Positions 1 to 8,046 of a stretch of 64,000 bases of DNA are shown here, in pieces. The stretch spans positions 44,539 to 108,538 of the forward strand of contig NZ_ANBB01000055.1 in assembly GCF_000341105.1 (NCBI RefSeq), in the 5' to 3' direction. Below the pieces are notes generated by a model. That model searched no databases, had not been told where the DNA came from, and saw only the letters and a list, made by a program, of their open reading frames with translations. A program made the translations under genes and the position numbers. The stretch comes from Nocardiopsis potens DSM 45234 (GTDB taxonomy: Bacteria; Actinomycetota; Actinomycetes; Streptosporangiales; Streptosporangiaceae). How positions within the stretch are numbered: position 1 is the first letter of the stretch; every line of letters starts with the position of its first letter.

Positions 1-1
1 G

Positions 2-136
2 ACCTGGACCAACGAGGACCAGAACAAGGTCGCCCGGATGATCGCCGAGGAGGGGAAGGAACCGGAGCAGGCCGCCCGGGCCTGGGCCGAGGAGAACCCG
101 GACGTCTGGCGGAAGTGGATCCCCGAGGGGGCCTGA
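2..136 (+). CDS. C-terminal fragment of a glycine betaine/choline-type ABC transporter substrate-binding protein (start lies outside the window)
   Basis: Translation TWTNEDQNKVARMIAEEGKEPEQAARAWAEENPDVWRKWIPEGA* is nearly identical to the C-terminus of the 2337..3332 protein (paralog). Stop TGA at 134..136. Confidence 0.6.
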   Translation, partial: TWTNEDQNKVARMIAEEGKEPEQAARAWAEENPDVWRKWIPEGA

Positions 137-356
137 CCGCCGCCCCCTCCGCCGCGCATGCCCCGGCCCGCCCCGCCCCGGACGGCCCGGGGCCGCCGCC
201 GTCCCCGGCCGCCGGGTCGGCGCCGCCTCCGGGGAGCGGTACGCCCCGCTGCGACCGGTCCGCGCGGTGCCGCCCGGTCGCGCTCGCCCCGGTCGCGCGG
301 CGCTCCGCTCCGGCTCCGGGACGGGCCGCGTGCCGGAGCGGGGCCGCCGGCGCGCG

Positions 357-2156
357 CTATCCGGCGGCGAAGAGCGGGGGAACCGGCTCCTTCCCGTACG
401 GGTCGGGGGCCGGTCCGACGACGTACCGGTCGCCGCTCTCGTGCAGCCGCACCGGGGTGGTCTCCAGCCAGGGCACGTCCGGCAGGCCGTCGGCGACGAG
501 CTCGGCCGGGCCCTCCCCGTCGGCGGGCAGCGCCAGGATCCGGGTCCGCGGCGGGGCGCCGTCCTCGCCGCCGCTCCCGGGGTCCCGGGAGACGGCGAGC
601 ACCCGGCCGCCGCCGGCGCCGGCGACCCGCACGAAGTGGTCCTCCGCCACCAGGCGGTTCCACCGGACCTCGCCGCGCTCCAGGTCGAAGGCGAGGACCC
701 GGTTCCCGCCCGGGTCGTCCGTCTCGATGTAGAGCACCCCGTCCGAGGCGGTCGGCCTGCTGCGGCGGGGGTCGAGCCGCCACGCCTCCTCCGCCGAGCC
801 CACGCCGGCGGTGCCCTCGGCATCGATCCGGGTCCACCCGCCGTCCGCCGCCACCAGCAGCTCGTCCCCCTCCGGGACCCGGCCCTCGGAGAGGAGGTAC
901 TCGGAGCCGGCGGGAAGGGGGTCGCTGTGCACGGTGACCGGGTCGGCCGCGACCAGGGTCAGCGCCCCCGGGCCGGAGCGGACGGCGTCCTCGGGCAGCG
1001 CGCGCCGCTCCGACACCTCGCCGGTCGCGGTGTCCAGCACCCCGGTGAAGACCGCCTCCTCTCGGGGGCCGCAGGAGCCCAGCACCGCGGCGCTCCCATC
1101 GCCCCGGGACAGCGGCCGGTGCCGGGCGAACGTGCACTCCGTACCGCTCCACAGCTCCTCGCCGCTCCCGGCGTCGAACCCGGCCAGCAGGGGGCCGCGG
1201 GCGATCACCGCGTGCGGCCCGGTGGACCAGGCGATCACCGGCCCCGCGGTGGCCTCCGCGCCGGCCCCGGTGGGGCCGGGCAGCGGGGACTCCCACAGCT
1301 CCGCCCCGGTGGCGAGGTCGATGCCGAGGACGGTGTCGCAGCCGCGGACGTCCTCGCCGTCGCCGCCGTCCCGCTCCACGACCACCACGCCGACGCCGCC
1401 GTCCGCCGGGTCCGCGGCCGCCGCGCAGAGCCCCGCGCCGCCGGGGGCGGTGCGCCACACCGTGCCGCCGTCGGCGGTGCCGTAGGCGGTGGCGCCCGCC
1501 CGGTCGGCGCGGACCACGGAGTCGCCGGCCGGCCAGGACGCGACCGTGTCCTCGAAGCGGGACGGGAAGGTCCGGCCGCCCCGGGGGCGGAACGCGAACG
1601 CGGTGTCCGGGGAGGCCGCCCAGAGCGGGCCGAGCACGGCGCCCTCCTCGGAGGAGATCCCCAGCGGCGGGTCCGACCAGGCGCTCAGCCGCTCACTGGC
1701 CGCGATGTACACCAGGAAGGGCAGGGCCAGGAGGACCACGGCGAGCAGCGCCCGGTTCCGCTTCCACCGGAACATCCGGGCGAAGTCGGACCTGCGCGGG
1801 CCGGAGAGGACGTGCTTCAGCGAGCCGGCGCCCTCGACCGTCAGCGAGGAGCGCACGTGCCGGTCGTCCAGCGGGACGCCCCACTCGTCGCGGGCGATCC
1901 GCGGCCCGCCGCCGGAGCGCTCGGCGAGCAGCGCCTCGGCGATCGCCCGCTGCGCCTCGCTCGCCCGCCTGCTCCGCAGGTCGCGCCGCTTGCCGCGGCG
2001 CGAGTCGGCCTCGCGCGCCTTGCGCAGGAGCAGCCTCCGCAGCCGCCCGGCGGCGGAGCCGCTCCGGCGGCCGGGGCCGGTTCCGGGATCCTCTGCCATC
2101 GGGTCCTCCCGGATCGGCGGCGGGTTTTTCGGAGGGCTTCGCTGGTCGGCGGCCAT
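357..2156 (-). CDS. PQQ-like beta-propeller repeat protein with an N-terminal membrane anchor; function unknown
   Basis: 599-aa ORF. One hydrophobic helix (LLAVVLLALPFLVYIAA) is followed by repeated W/G-rich blades (GxxWxx, AxDxxTGxxxW) typical of PQQ/BamB-like propellers. Divergent from the proX-like gene at 2337. Confidence 0.55.
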   Translation of the reverse strand: MAADQRSPPKNPPPIREDPMAEDPGTGPGRRSGSAAGRLRRLLLRKAREADSRRGKRRDLRSRRASEAQRAIAEALLAERSGGGPRIARDEWGVPLDDRHVRSSLTVEGAGSLKHVLSGPRRSDFARMFRWKRNRALLAVVLLALPFLVYIAASERLSAWSDPPLGISSEEGAVLGPLWAASPDTAFAFRPRGGRTFPSRFEDTVASWPAGDSVVRADRAGATAYGTADGGTVWRTAPGGAGLCAAAADPADGGVGVVVVERDGGDGEDVRGCDTVLGIDLATGAELWESPLPGPTGAGAEATAGPVIAWSTGPHAVIARGPLLAGFDAGSGEELWSGTECTFARHRPLSRGDGSAAVLGSCGPREEAVFTGVLDTATGEVSERRALPEDAVRSGPGALTLVAADPVTVHSDPLPAGSEYLLSEGRVPEGDELLVAADGGWTRIDAEGTAGVGSAEEAWRLDPRRSRPTASDGVLYIETDDPGGNRVLAFDLERGEVRWNRLVAEDHFVRVAGAGGGRVLAVSRDPGSGGEDGAPPRTRILALPADGEGPAELVADGLPDVPWLETTPVRLHESGDRYVVGPAPDPYGKEPVPPLFAAG

Positions 2157-2336
2157 CCGATGGGACGCGCGGCCGGCGGCCGGGGTTCCGGTGCCGACCG
2201 ATATGCATCATCCGCCCCATTGGTCGCAATAGAATGACGTGTCCTGCGCGGCGGTGGGCGACGGAACGCCCGCCCCGCCCGCTTCTCGGTGATAGAACGG
2301 CGTCCGTTCCCCCGGGCGCCGTCTGGTGAGGTCCGA

Positions 2337-3332
2337 ATGCGCAGCCACCCCTCTCCCGCCCGCACTCCCGCCCCGAGACGCCCGGCCCGCGTGCTCCGCT
2401 CGGCCGCGGCGGCCGCCTCCCTCGTCCTCCTCGCGACCGCCTGCGGCAGCGGCGGCGGAGAGGAGGAGGGGGACGACAAGACGGTGCGCATGGCCGTCAA
2501 CCCGTGGGCCGGCTACGAGGCCTCCGCGGCGGTGCTGACCTACCTGCTGGAGCACGAGCTCGACGTCGAGGTCGAGCAGGTCGAGCTGGACGTCGAGCCG
2601 ACCTGGCAGGAGATGGCCGCCGGCAAGGTCGACGTCAACCTGGAGAACTGGCGCCGCGACGACCTGATGGAGATCTACGGCGACCCCGGGTCCCCGAAGG
2701 TCGTCGACGGCGGTGAGACCGGCCTCTACGGCGACCACGGCTGGTACGTGCCGGCCTACGTCGCCGAGCAGTACCCCGAGGTCATGACCTTGGACGGCCT
2801 GGCGGAGCACACCGAGATCTTCTCCACCCCGGAGACCCCGGGCGACACCGGCCGGTTCATCTCCAGCGACCCGCTCTTCCAGAGCCAGGACCCCGGCATC
2901 ATCAACCACTACGAGCTGGACCTGGAGATCGACTACACCGGCTCGGAGGCGAACCAGATCGCGGCGGTCCGGGAGGCCTACGAGAAGGAGGAGCCGGCCC
3001 TCTTCTACTTCTACGCGCCGCAGTGGGTCTTCGAGGACATGGACCTGGTCGAGATCGAGATGCCGGAGTACGTCGACATGTGCGAGGTCGACCCGGACGA
3101 CGTCGCCTGCGGCTACCCCTCCTACGACCTCACCAAGGTCTTCAACAAGGAGTTCGCGGACCGGGGCGGCGTCGCCTACCGCTTCCTCGACCGGTGGCAG
3201 TGGTCGAACGAGGACCAGAACAAGGTCGCCAAGATGATCGCCGACCAGGGCATGGAGCCGGAGAAGGCGGCCGAGGCCTGGGTCGAGGAGAACGAGGACC
3301 TTTGGAAGGAATGGATCCCGCCGGAGGCCTGA
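2337..3332 (+). CDS. Glycine betaine/proline-betaine ABC transporter substrate-binding lipoprotein (OpuAC/ProX family)
   Basis: ATG at 2337 follows a GGTGAGG ribosome-binding site. Signal peptide with an RR-containing n-region and lipobox LLATAC. Mature domain matches the OpuAC fold family, with conserved W residues (NPWAGYE, ENWRRDD, GDHGWYVPAY). A paralog ends at 136. Confidence 0.8.
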   Translation: MRSHPSPARTPAPRRPARVLRSAAAAASLVLLATACGSGGGEEEGDDKTVRMAVNPWAGYEASAAVLTYLLEHELDVEVEQVELDVEPTWQEMAAGKVDVNLENWRRDDLMEIYGDPGSPKVVDGGETGLYGDHGWYVPAYVAEQYPEVMTLDGLAEHTEIFSTPETPGDTGRFISSDPLFQSQDPGIINHYELDLEIDYTGSEANQIAAVREAYEKEEPALFYFYAPQWVFEDMDLVEIEMPEYVDMCEVDPDDVACGYPSYDLTKVFNKEFADRGGVAYRFLDRWQWSNEDQNKVAKMIADQGMEPEKAAEAWVEENEDLWKEWIPPEA

Positions 3333-3366
3333 CCCCGCGCCGGTGCGGGGCCGCGGCGCCCGCCCC

Positions 3367-3432
3367 GCGATGATCTTGACGTTCCGGGCCTATCAACGCG
3401 GATTGATAGGCCCGGAACGTCAAGATCATCGC
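3367..3432. repeat. REP-like perfect palindrome (copy 1 of a three-member family); likely bidirectional terminator between convergent genes
   Basis: GCGATGATCTTGACGTTCCGGGCCTATCAACGCGGATTGATAGGCCCGGAACGTCAAGATCATCGC is a perfect inverted repeat around a 4-nt centre. It lies between the stop codons of convergent CDSs (3332 and 3441). The same architecture recurs at 6232..6301 and 7925..7980. Confidence 0.7.
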
Positions 3433-3440
3433 GGTAGGGC

Positions 3441-4139
3441 TCAGCCCGGCAGGCCGGTGAGGAAGGCGCGCACCGCGCGGACCCAGCCGTCGAAGTCGTC
3501 CTCCCAGATGAGGTGGCCCGATTCCAGCTCGGCGACGCGCGCTCCGGGGATGCCGGCCGCGAGCTCGTCGGAGTTCTCCGGCAGCACCAGGTCGTCCCGG
3601 AGGGTCTTGACGACCAGCGTGGGCGCGGTGATCCGGGGCAGGTCGGCGCTGGTGTCGTTGCGCAGCAGCAGGTCGATCTGGTCCAGCGCGCCGGGCTGCG
3701 GGTGCGGCTCGGCGGCTCCGGCGACCTCGGCCCGCCAGGCCTCGACCACCTTCCGGTTGGCCGGGGAGAGCCGGGCCAGGCCCGCGCTGAGCACGAGCGC
3801 CTCGACCCGCTCCGGGTACAGGACCGCGGCGCGGACCGCGACCTGGCTGCCCATGGAGAAGCCGAGCAGGGCGAAGCGCTCCAGCCCGGCGTCGTCGGCG
3901 GCGGCCACCAGGAGGTGGGCCAGGTCGTCCAGGTCGAGCGGGCCGCCGGTGCGCGGAGTGGAGCCGGAGCCCGGGTAGTCCGCCGCGACCACCGCGCGGG
4001 AGGGCGCGAACGCCTCGATCAGCCCGGTGAAGTTGTCCGCGACCGAACCGGTGGCCCCGTGCGCGAGGAGCAGGCCCGGTCCGGAGCCCGCGACGGCGGC
4101 GGAGAGCCGGGCGGGCATCGGTCGTTCGTTGTCGGTCAT
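3441..4139 (-). CDS. Alpha/beta-fold hydrolase
   Basis: ATG at 4139 gives MTDNERPMPARL. HGxxGS-like LLAHGATGS motif, nucleophile elbow GFSMGS, and a C-terminal H (ESGHLIW) typical of alpha/beta hydrolases. Confidence 0.75.
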   Translation of the reverse strand: MTDNERPMPARLSAAVAGSGPGLLLAHGATGSVADNFTGLIEAFAPSRAVVAADYPGSGSTPRTGGPLDLDDLAHLLVAAADDAGLERFALLGFSMGSQVAVRAAVLYPERVEALVLSAGLARLSPANRKVVEAWRAEVAGAAEPHPQPGALDQIDLLLRNDTSADLPRITAPTLVVKTLRDDLVLPENSDELAAGIPGARVAELESGHLIWEDDFDGWVRAVRAFLTGLPG

Positions 4140-4218
4140 GACATGGCAGGTTACGCCTCCCCACCGACGGAACGGGCGACCGGGACCGGGACGCTCCGGG
4201 GCGTCTATCGTTTTCCGC

Positions 4219-5325
4219 ATGCGTGTGCGGAGCGGGTTCGCGGCGGCGTGGCCGATGGCCGGCGCCTGGCTGCTGCTCGGCGCGGTGGCCGCCGGGTACG
4301 CGGCGCTGTGCTGCCTGGCCCTGTGGGCGGCGGGCCGGCTGTGGCTGCCCTGGCTGCCGTGGTGGCCGGGGTTGCTTCCGATCGCCGTATCGCTGGCCGC
4401 GGGCGCGGTCCAGCGCCGCCCGCTCCCGGACCCGGTGGCCTACGGCATCGAGGTGAGCCGGGTCTCCGAACCGGTGCTGCACGGGGTGCTGGACCGGCTG
4501 TGCGCGCTCTCCGGCCAGGAGCGGCCGGAGGTCCGGGTCTTCGCCTCCGCGGCGCCCAACTCCCTGGTCTCCGACCACCGGGGCGAGCGGCCGGTGCTCT
4601 ACGTCAGCAGGGGCCTGCTGGACACGCTGGACGCGCCGGGGCTGGAGGCGGTCGTCGCGCACGAGCTGGCGCACATCGCGCACCGCGACTCACGGGTGCT
4701 CTCCGTCGCCGCCGGGATGGTCACCTGGATCGTCCTTCTCCCGGGGTACCTGTTCACCGGTCTGGGCCACCTGGACCTCCCGTTCGCCGGGCTGGGACGG
4801 CTGTGCGGCCGGCCCTGGGAGCCGATGTTCGGCTCCGACGCCTGGAAGCGGAGGCCTCCGCCGGTGCGCCGCGTCCCGCGGCCCCTGGTCCCCCCGGTCC
4901 TGGCGGCCGCAGGGCTCGCCCGGACGGTGGTCTGGGCGCTCGCCATCACCGCCGCGCTGGCCGGCCTGTTCGGTGCGCTCGTGCTGGGCCTGCCGGGCTT
5001 CGCCGCGATGGGTCGCCTGGTCCGCCGCCGGGAGCTGGCCGCGGACCGCGCGGCCGCCGTGCTCACCGGCTCCCCGTCCGCCCTCGCCGCCGCGCTGGGG
5101 GCGGTCGAGGGCGGCATGGCCGCCGTCCCCGAGATCGACCTGCGCGCGCTGAGCTCCGCCTCGGCGCTGGCGGTGGTCCCGTTCGGCAGCCCCGACCCCG
5201 ATCAGGGGAGACTGGGCCTGGCCCTGGACCGGGCGCTGCGCACCCACCCGCCCACCTCGAAGCGGGTCGCCCGGCTGGAGGCGCTCTCCCGCAGGTTCGC
5301 GGAGGCCCCCGGCCCGCTTCGCTGA
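4219..5325 (+). CDS. M48-family zinc metalloprotease (HtpX-like), membrane bound
   Basis: HEXXH motif (AHELAHIAHRD) sits between hydrophobic TM segments on both sides. ATG at 4219. Confidence 0.75.
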   Translation: MRVRSGFAAAWPMAGAWLLLGAVAAGYAALCCLALWAAGRLWLPWLPWWPGLLPIAVSLAAGAVQRRPLPDPVAYGIEVSRVSEPVLHGVLDRLCALSGQERPEVRVFASAAPNSLVSDHRGERPVLYVSRGLLDTLDAPGLEAVVAHELAHIAHRDSRVLSVAAGMVTWIVLLPGYLFTGLGHLDLPFAGLGRLCGRPWEPMFGSDAWKRRPPPVRRVPRPLVPPVLAAAGLARTVVWALAITAALAGLFGALVLGLPGFAAMGRLVRRRELAADRAAAVLTGSPSALAAALGAVEGGMAAVPEIDLRALSSASALAVVPFGSPDPDQGRLGLALDRALRTHPPTSKRVARLEALSRRFAEAPGPLR

Positions 5326-5423
5326 CTCCCGCCCCGGGGCGGCGCCGGGCCCCGCGCCGAGCGGCGCCGGGCCGGTCAGAGGGTCTCCCGGGGACCCGCG
5401 GACCGGCCCGGCGGAGGCGCCGG

Positions 5424-6104
5424 TCAGTCGGCCCGGCCCGCGGTCCGGGCGGCCGCGGAGGCCATGCCGAGCCAGGTGTGCGGGTTGCCCTCCCAGCACC
5501 AGCCCAGCTTGGGGGCGCGGTCGCTGATCCACAGCGCCGGGACCCGGCGGTCGCCGCAGCGCGAGCCGCCCAGGGAGAAGCACTTGTTCTTCTCCAGGGC
5601 GGCCGGGAAGAGCGTCACCAGGGCGATGCCCTCCTCGATGGTCAGCGGAGTGCGGCCGCGCGCCCGGATCGCGGCCATCGCGTCGGCGGGCACCGCCCCG
5701 CAGAACTCCTCGCCCCGGTCCACACCGGTGAGCAGGTAGGCGCGCGGATCGGGGAGCGCGGTCTCCTCGGTGGCGGTGAACCGGGCGAGCGCGCCCTCCT
5801 CGTAGGAGCGGTCGACGAACCCCGGCTTGCGCCCGCGGGGCAGCGCGGTGCGCACCATGCTCTCCTCGATCGGGACCACGTCCCTGGTCACCACCAGGAC
5901 GAACGGGATCCGCCCGGGGGAGCCGCCGTCCTCGCCGGGCCACGGCCCGCCGTCCGCCCCGGCCGCCTCCACCGCCGCGTCGCGCAGCGGCTTCACCAAT
6001 GCGGCGAACCCCTCCGCTCCCAGCCCGGAGAGCCCGGGGTAGTCCTTCTCGGCCAGTACGCGCACCTGCCGGTCGAATTCCTCGTATGCCCGGGAACGCT
6101 GCAT
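5424..6104 (-). CDS. Conserved hypothetical protein (actinobacterial)
   Basis: 226-aa ORF from ATG at 6104 (MQRSRAYEEFDRQ...) with coding-like codon usage. No motif I can assign. The upstream extension of the ORF in the track is the palindrome read through. Confidence 0.5.
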   Translation of the reverse strand: MQRSRAYEEFDRQVRVLAEKDYPGLSGLGAEGFAALVKPLRDAAVEAAGADGGPWPGEDGGSPGRIPFVLVVTRDVVPIEESMVRTALPRGRKPGFVDRSYEEGALARFTATEETALPDPRAYLLTGVDRGEEFCGAVPADAMAAIRARGRTPLTIEEGIALVTLFPAALEKNKCFSLGGSRCGDRRVPALWISDRAPKLGWCWEGNPHTWLGMASAAARTAGRAD

Positions 6105-6231
6105 GCGCCTCTCCTCACTGCCGGAAGCCCTCGGTCGTACGGCGTATGATCGTACGCCGTACGGGATTGGAACGCGGCGACCCCGCCCCTTGTTCCCGGA
6201 CGGGGGATCGAATTCGGAAGAATCTCCGGCA

Positions 6232-6301
6232 CCCCGATGATCTTGACGCTGCGGGCCTGTCAGAACGCTCTGACAGGCCCGCAGCGTCAAGATCATCGGG
6301 G
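6232..6301. repeat. REP-like palindrome (copy 2)
   Basis: CCCCGATGATCTTGACGCTGCGGGCCTGTCAGAACGCTCTGACAGGCCCGCAGCGTCAAGATCATCGGGG is a perfect palindrome with the same GATGATCTTGACG...CGTCAAGATCATC ends as copy 1. It lies just downstream of the 6315..6569 gene. Confidence 0.7.
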
Positions 6302-6314
6302 AGGGCGGCCGCGG

Positions 6315-6569
6315 TCAGCGCTCGTGGCGCAGGCGCTGGTAGACCCAGTAGACGTTGAGCAGCGAGGCCGCCAGGGCCGCAGCGAAGACGAAGACGAGCA
6401 TGGCGTTCCGGGCCCAGGTCCAGGCCAGGACGGTGGCGGCGAGCAGGACGGCGGCGCCGAAGACCGCGAGGATCAGGCGGAACGCCAGGGCGCTCGCGGG
6501 GCGGTCGTGGCTGCCGAGCGGCCCCTTGAGGCGTCCGCGGCGCTTGGGGCCGCCGTACTCGTTCTCCAT
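6315..6569 (-). CDS. Small membrane protein (84 aa), hypothetical
   Basis: Two predicted TM helices (LILAVFGAAVLLAATVLAW and MLVFVFAAALAASLLNVYWVY). ATG start. Followed by the palindrome at 6232..6301. Confidence 0.5.
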   Translation of the reverse strand: MENEYGGPKRRGRLKGPLGSHDRPASALAFRLILAVFGAAVLLAATVLAWTWARNAMLVFVFAAALAASLLNVYWVYQRLRHER

Positions 6570-6775
6570 GTCTCCCGGTCCTGTCGGGGCGCTCTGCCCC
6601 TGCTCCCCAGCCTACGCCCGGGGGTGCGGGCGGCCGAGGCGGGATGACGGTTGTCACGGGGCACGGCCGGAAAATGTCAGCGGAAAGCGGTGACCGCGGC
6701 GACTGGGGCGGGCACCCGCCGCCGCGGGATGCTCGGGACCAGGCAGGAAGAGCAGCGTCGAACGGAGAGACCGCG

Positions 6776-7909
6776 ATGAGCGCGTTGAGCGGACACCCCG
6801 GCCCCGGCCCGGTGCCGGAGGACCGCCGGGACGGCGCCGGCGGGCACCCGGCCCCGGGCCCGGCCTACGAGGGGAGCGCCGGAGGCACCGTCCCGGGGCC
6901 CGGGCCGGAGGGGACCGCCGGGGGCACCGCTCCGGGTCCCGGGCCGGAGGAGTCCGCCGGACGGGAGGCGCCCCCGGCCCCCGCGCCCCGGGTCGGGGCG
7001 GCCCCGGCGGGCACCCCCTACCACCTGCTCGCCCGCAACCGGTGGAACTCCTGGTGGCGGCCGATCGCCGGAACCGCCGCCTTCCTGGTGCCCGCCCTGG
7101 TGGTGATGGTCGCGCTGAGCATGGGCGCCGGGGTCGTCGCCTTCCTCAACGGGGGGATGGACGCCGGGGACGACCCGGTGGCGATGCTGGAGGCGGCCCC
7201 GCTGGCCTTCCTCGGCGCCACCCTGCTCGGCCTGGCGAGCGCGCTCCCGATGGTCCTGCTGACCGCCCGGCTGGTGCAGCGGAGGCCGGCCGGGACCCTC
7301 TCCTCGGTGGCCGGCCGGTTCCGCCGGCGGTGGGCGCTGGCCTGCGCCGGGGCCGCGGCCGCCGCGATCGCCCTCGGCTACGCGGTCAGCGTCGCCACCT
7401 ACCTGGCGGCCGGCCGGGACCTCGGGGAGGTCTTCGGCGCGCAGGGCTGGGAGTGGTCCGGGTGGGGCGCGTTCCTCCCCGCCGCCGCGCTGGTCCTGCT
7501 GCTCGTGCCGTTCCAGGCCGCCGCCGAGGAGTACGTCTTCCGCGGCTGGCTGATGCAGGCCTTCGGCTCGTTCATCCGCACCCCGTGGCCGGGCATCGTG
7601 GCCGGCTCGCTGCTCTTCATGTCGGTGCACGGCTACACCGGCTGGGGCGCCGCCTGGATCTTCGTCTGGGCGATGACGCTGGCCTGGCTGAGCGTGCGCA
7701 CCGGCGGCCTGGAGGCGGCGGTGGTCATGCACGTGCTGCACAACCTCACCGGGATGCTCGTCACCTCGGCGATGGGCGACATCGCCGCCCCGCTGGACCA
7801 GGGCGCCGTCCCGTGGGAGTTCATCCCCGGCGCGCTCGCCCAGACCTTCGCCTTCGTGGCGCTGACCGTGTTCCTCGCCCGCCGGCGCGGGGTGCGGACC
7901 CGCTCCTGA
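6776..7909 (+). CDS. CPBP-family intramembrane metalloprotease (CAAX protease/Abi-like)
   Basis: Motif 1 EEYVFRGW (EExxxR), motif 2 FxxxH (FMSVHGY) and motif 3 HxxxN (HVLHNL) lie within multi-TM segments. ATG at 6776 follows GGAGAG; the in-frame upstream extension to 6644 is Gly/Pro-rich and probably untranslated. Confidence 0.75.
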   Translation: MSALSGHPGPGPVPEDRRDGAGGHPAPGPAYEGSAGGTVPGPGPEGTAGGTAPGPGPEESAGREAPPAPAPRVGAAPAGTPYHLLARNRWNSWWRPIAGTAAFLVPALVVMVALSMGAGVVAFLNGGMDAGDDPVAMLEAAPLAFLGATLLGLASALPMVLLTARLVQRRPAGTLSSVAGRFRRRWALACAGAAAAAIALGYAVSVATYLAAGRDLGEVFGAQGWEWSGWGAFLPAAALVLLLVPFQAAAEEYVFRGWLMQAFGSFIRTPWPGIVAGSLLFMSVHGYTGWGAAWIFVWAMTLAWLSVRTGGLEAAVVMHVLHNLTGMLVTSAMGDIAAPLDQGAVPWEFIPGALAQTFAFVALTVFLARRRGVRTRS

Positions 7910-7924
7910 GCGGACCCGGGCGAA

Positions 7925-7980
7925 GATCTCGACGCCGCGGCCCTGCCAGAGCGTTCTGGCAGGGCCGCGGCATCGAGATC
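7925..7980. repeat. REP-like palindrome (copy 3, diverged)
   Basis: GATCTCGACGCCGCGGCCCTGCCAGAGCGTTCTGGCAGGGCCGCGGCATCGAGATC has one mismatch between the arms. Same architecture as copies 1 and 2 (GATCT(T/C)GACG ... CCTG(T/C)CAGA). It lies between convergent genes 7909 and 8047. Confidence 0.65.
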
Positions 7981-8046
7981 ACCGGGAGGAGCGGGCCCCG
8001 GCGGGGGCGCACCCCGCCGGGGCCCGGCCGGTTCCGGGGCTCCGGG

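Noticed and set aside
3343-6647. ORFs beginning MILT(F/L)RA(Y/C)Q... at 3343, 5424/6296 and 6237, and at the end of 3142..4683
   Set aside because: They are the REP-like palindromes read in frame on both strands, so the same peptide appears in both orientations. They are not protein-coding.
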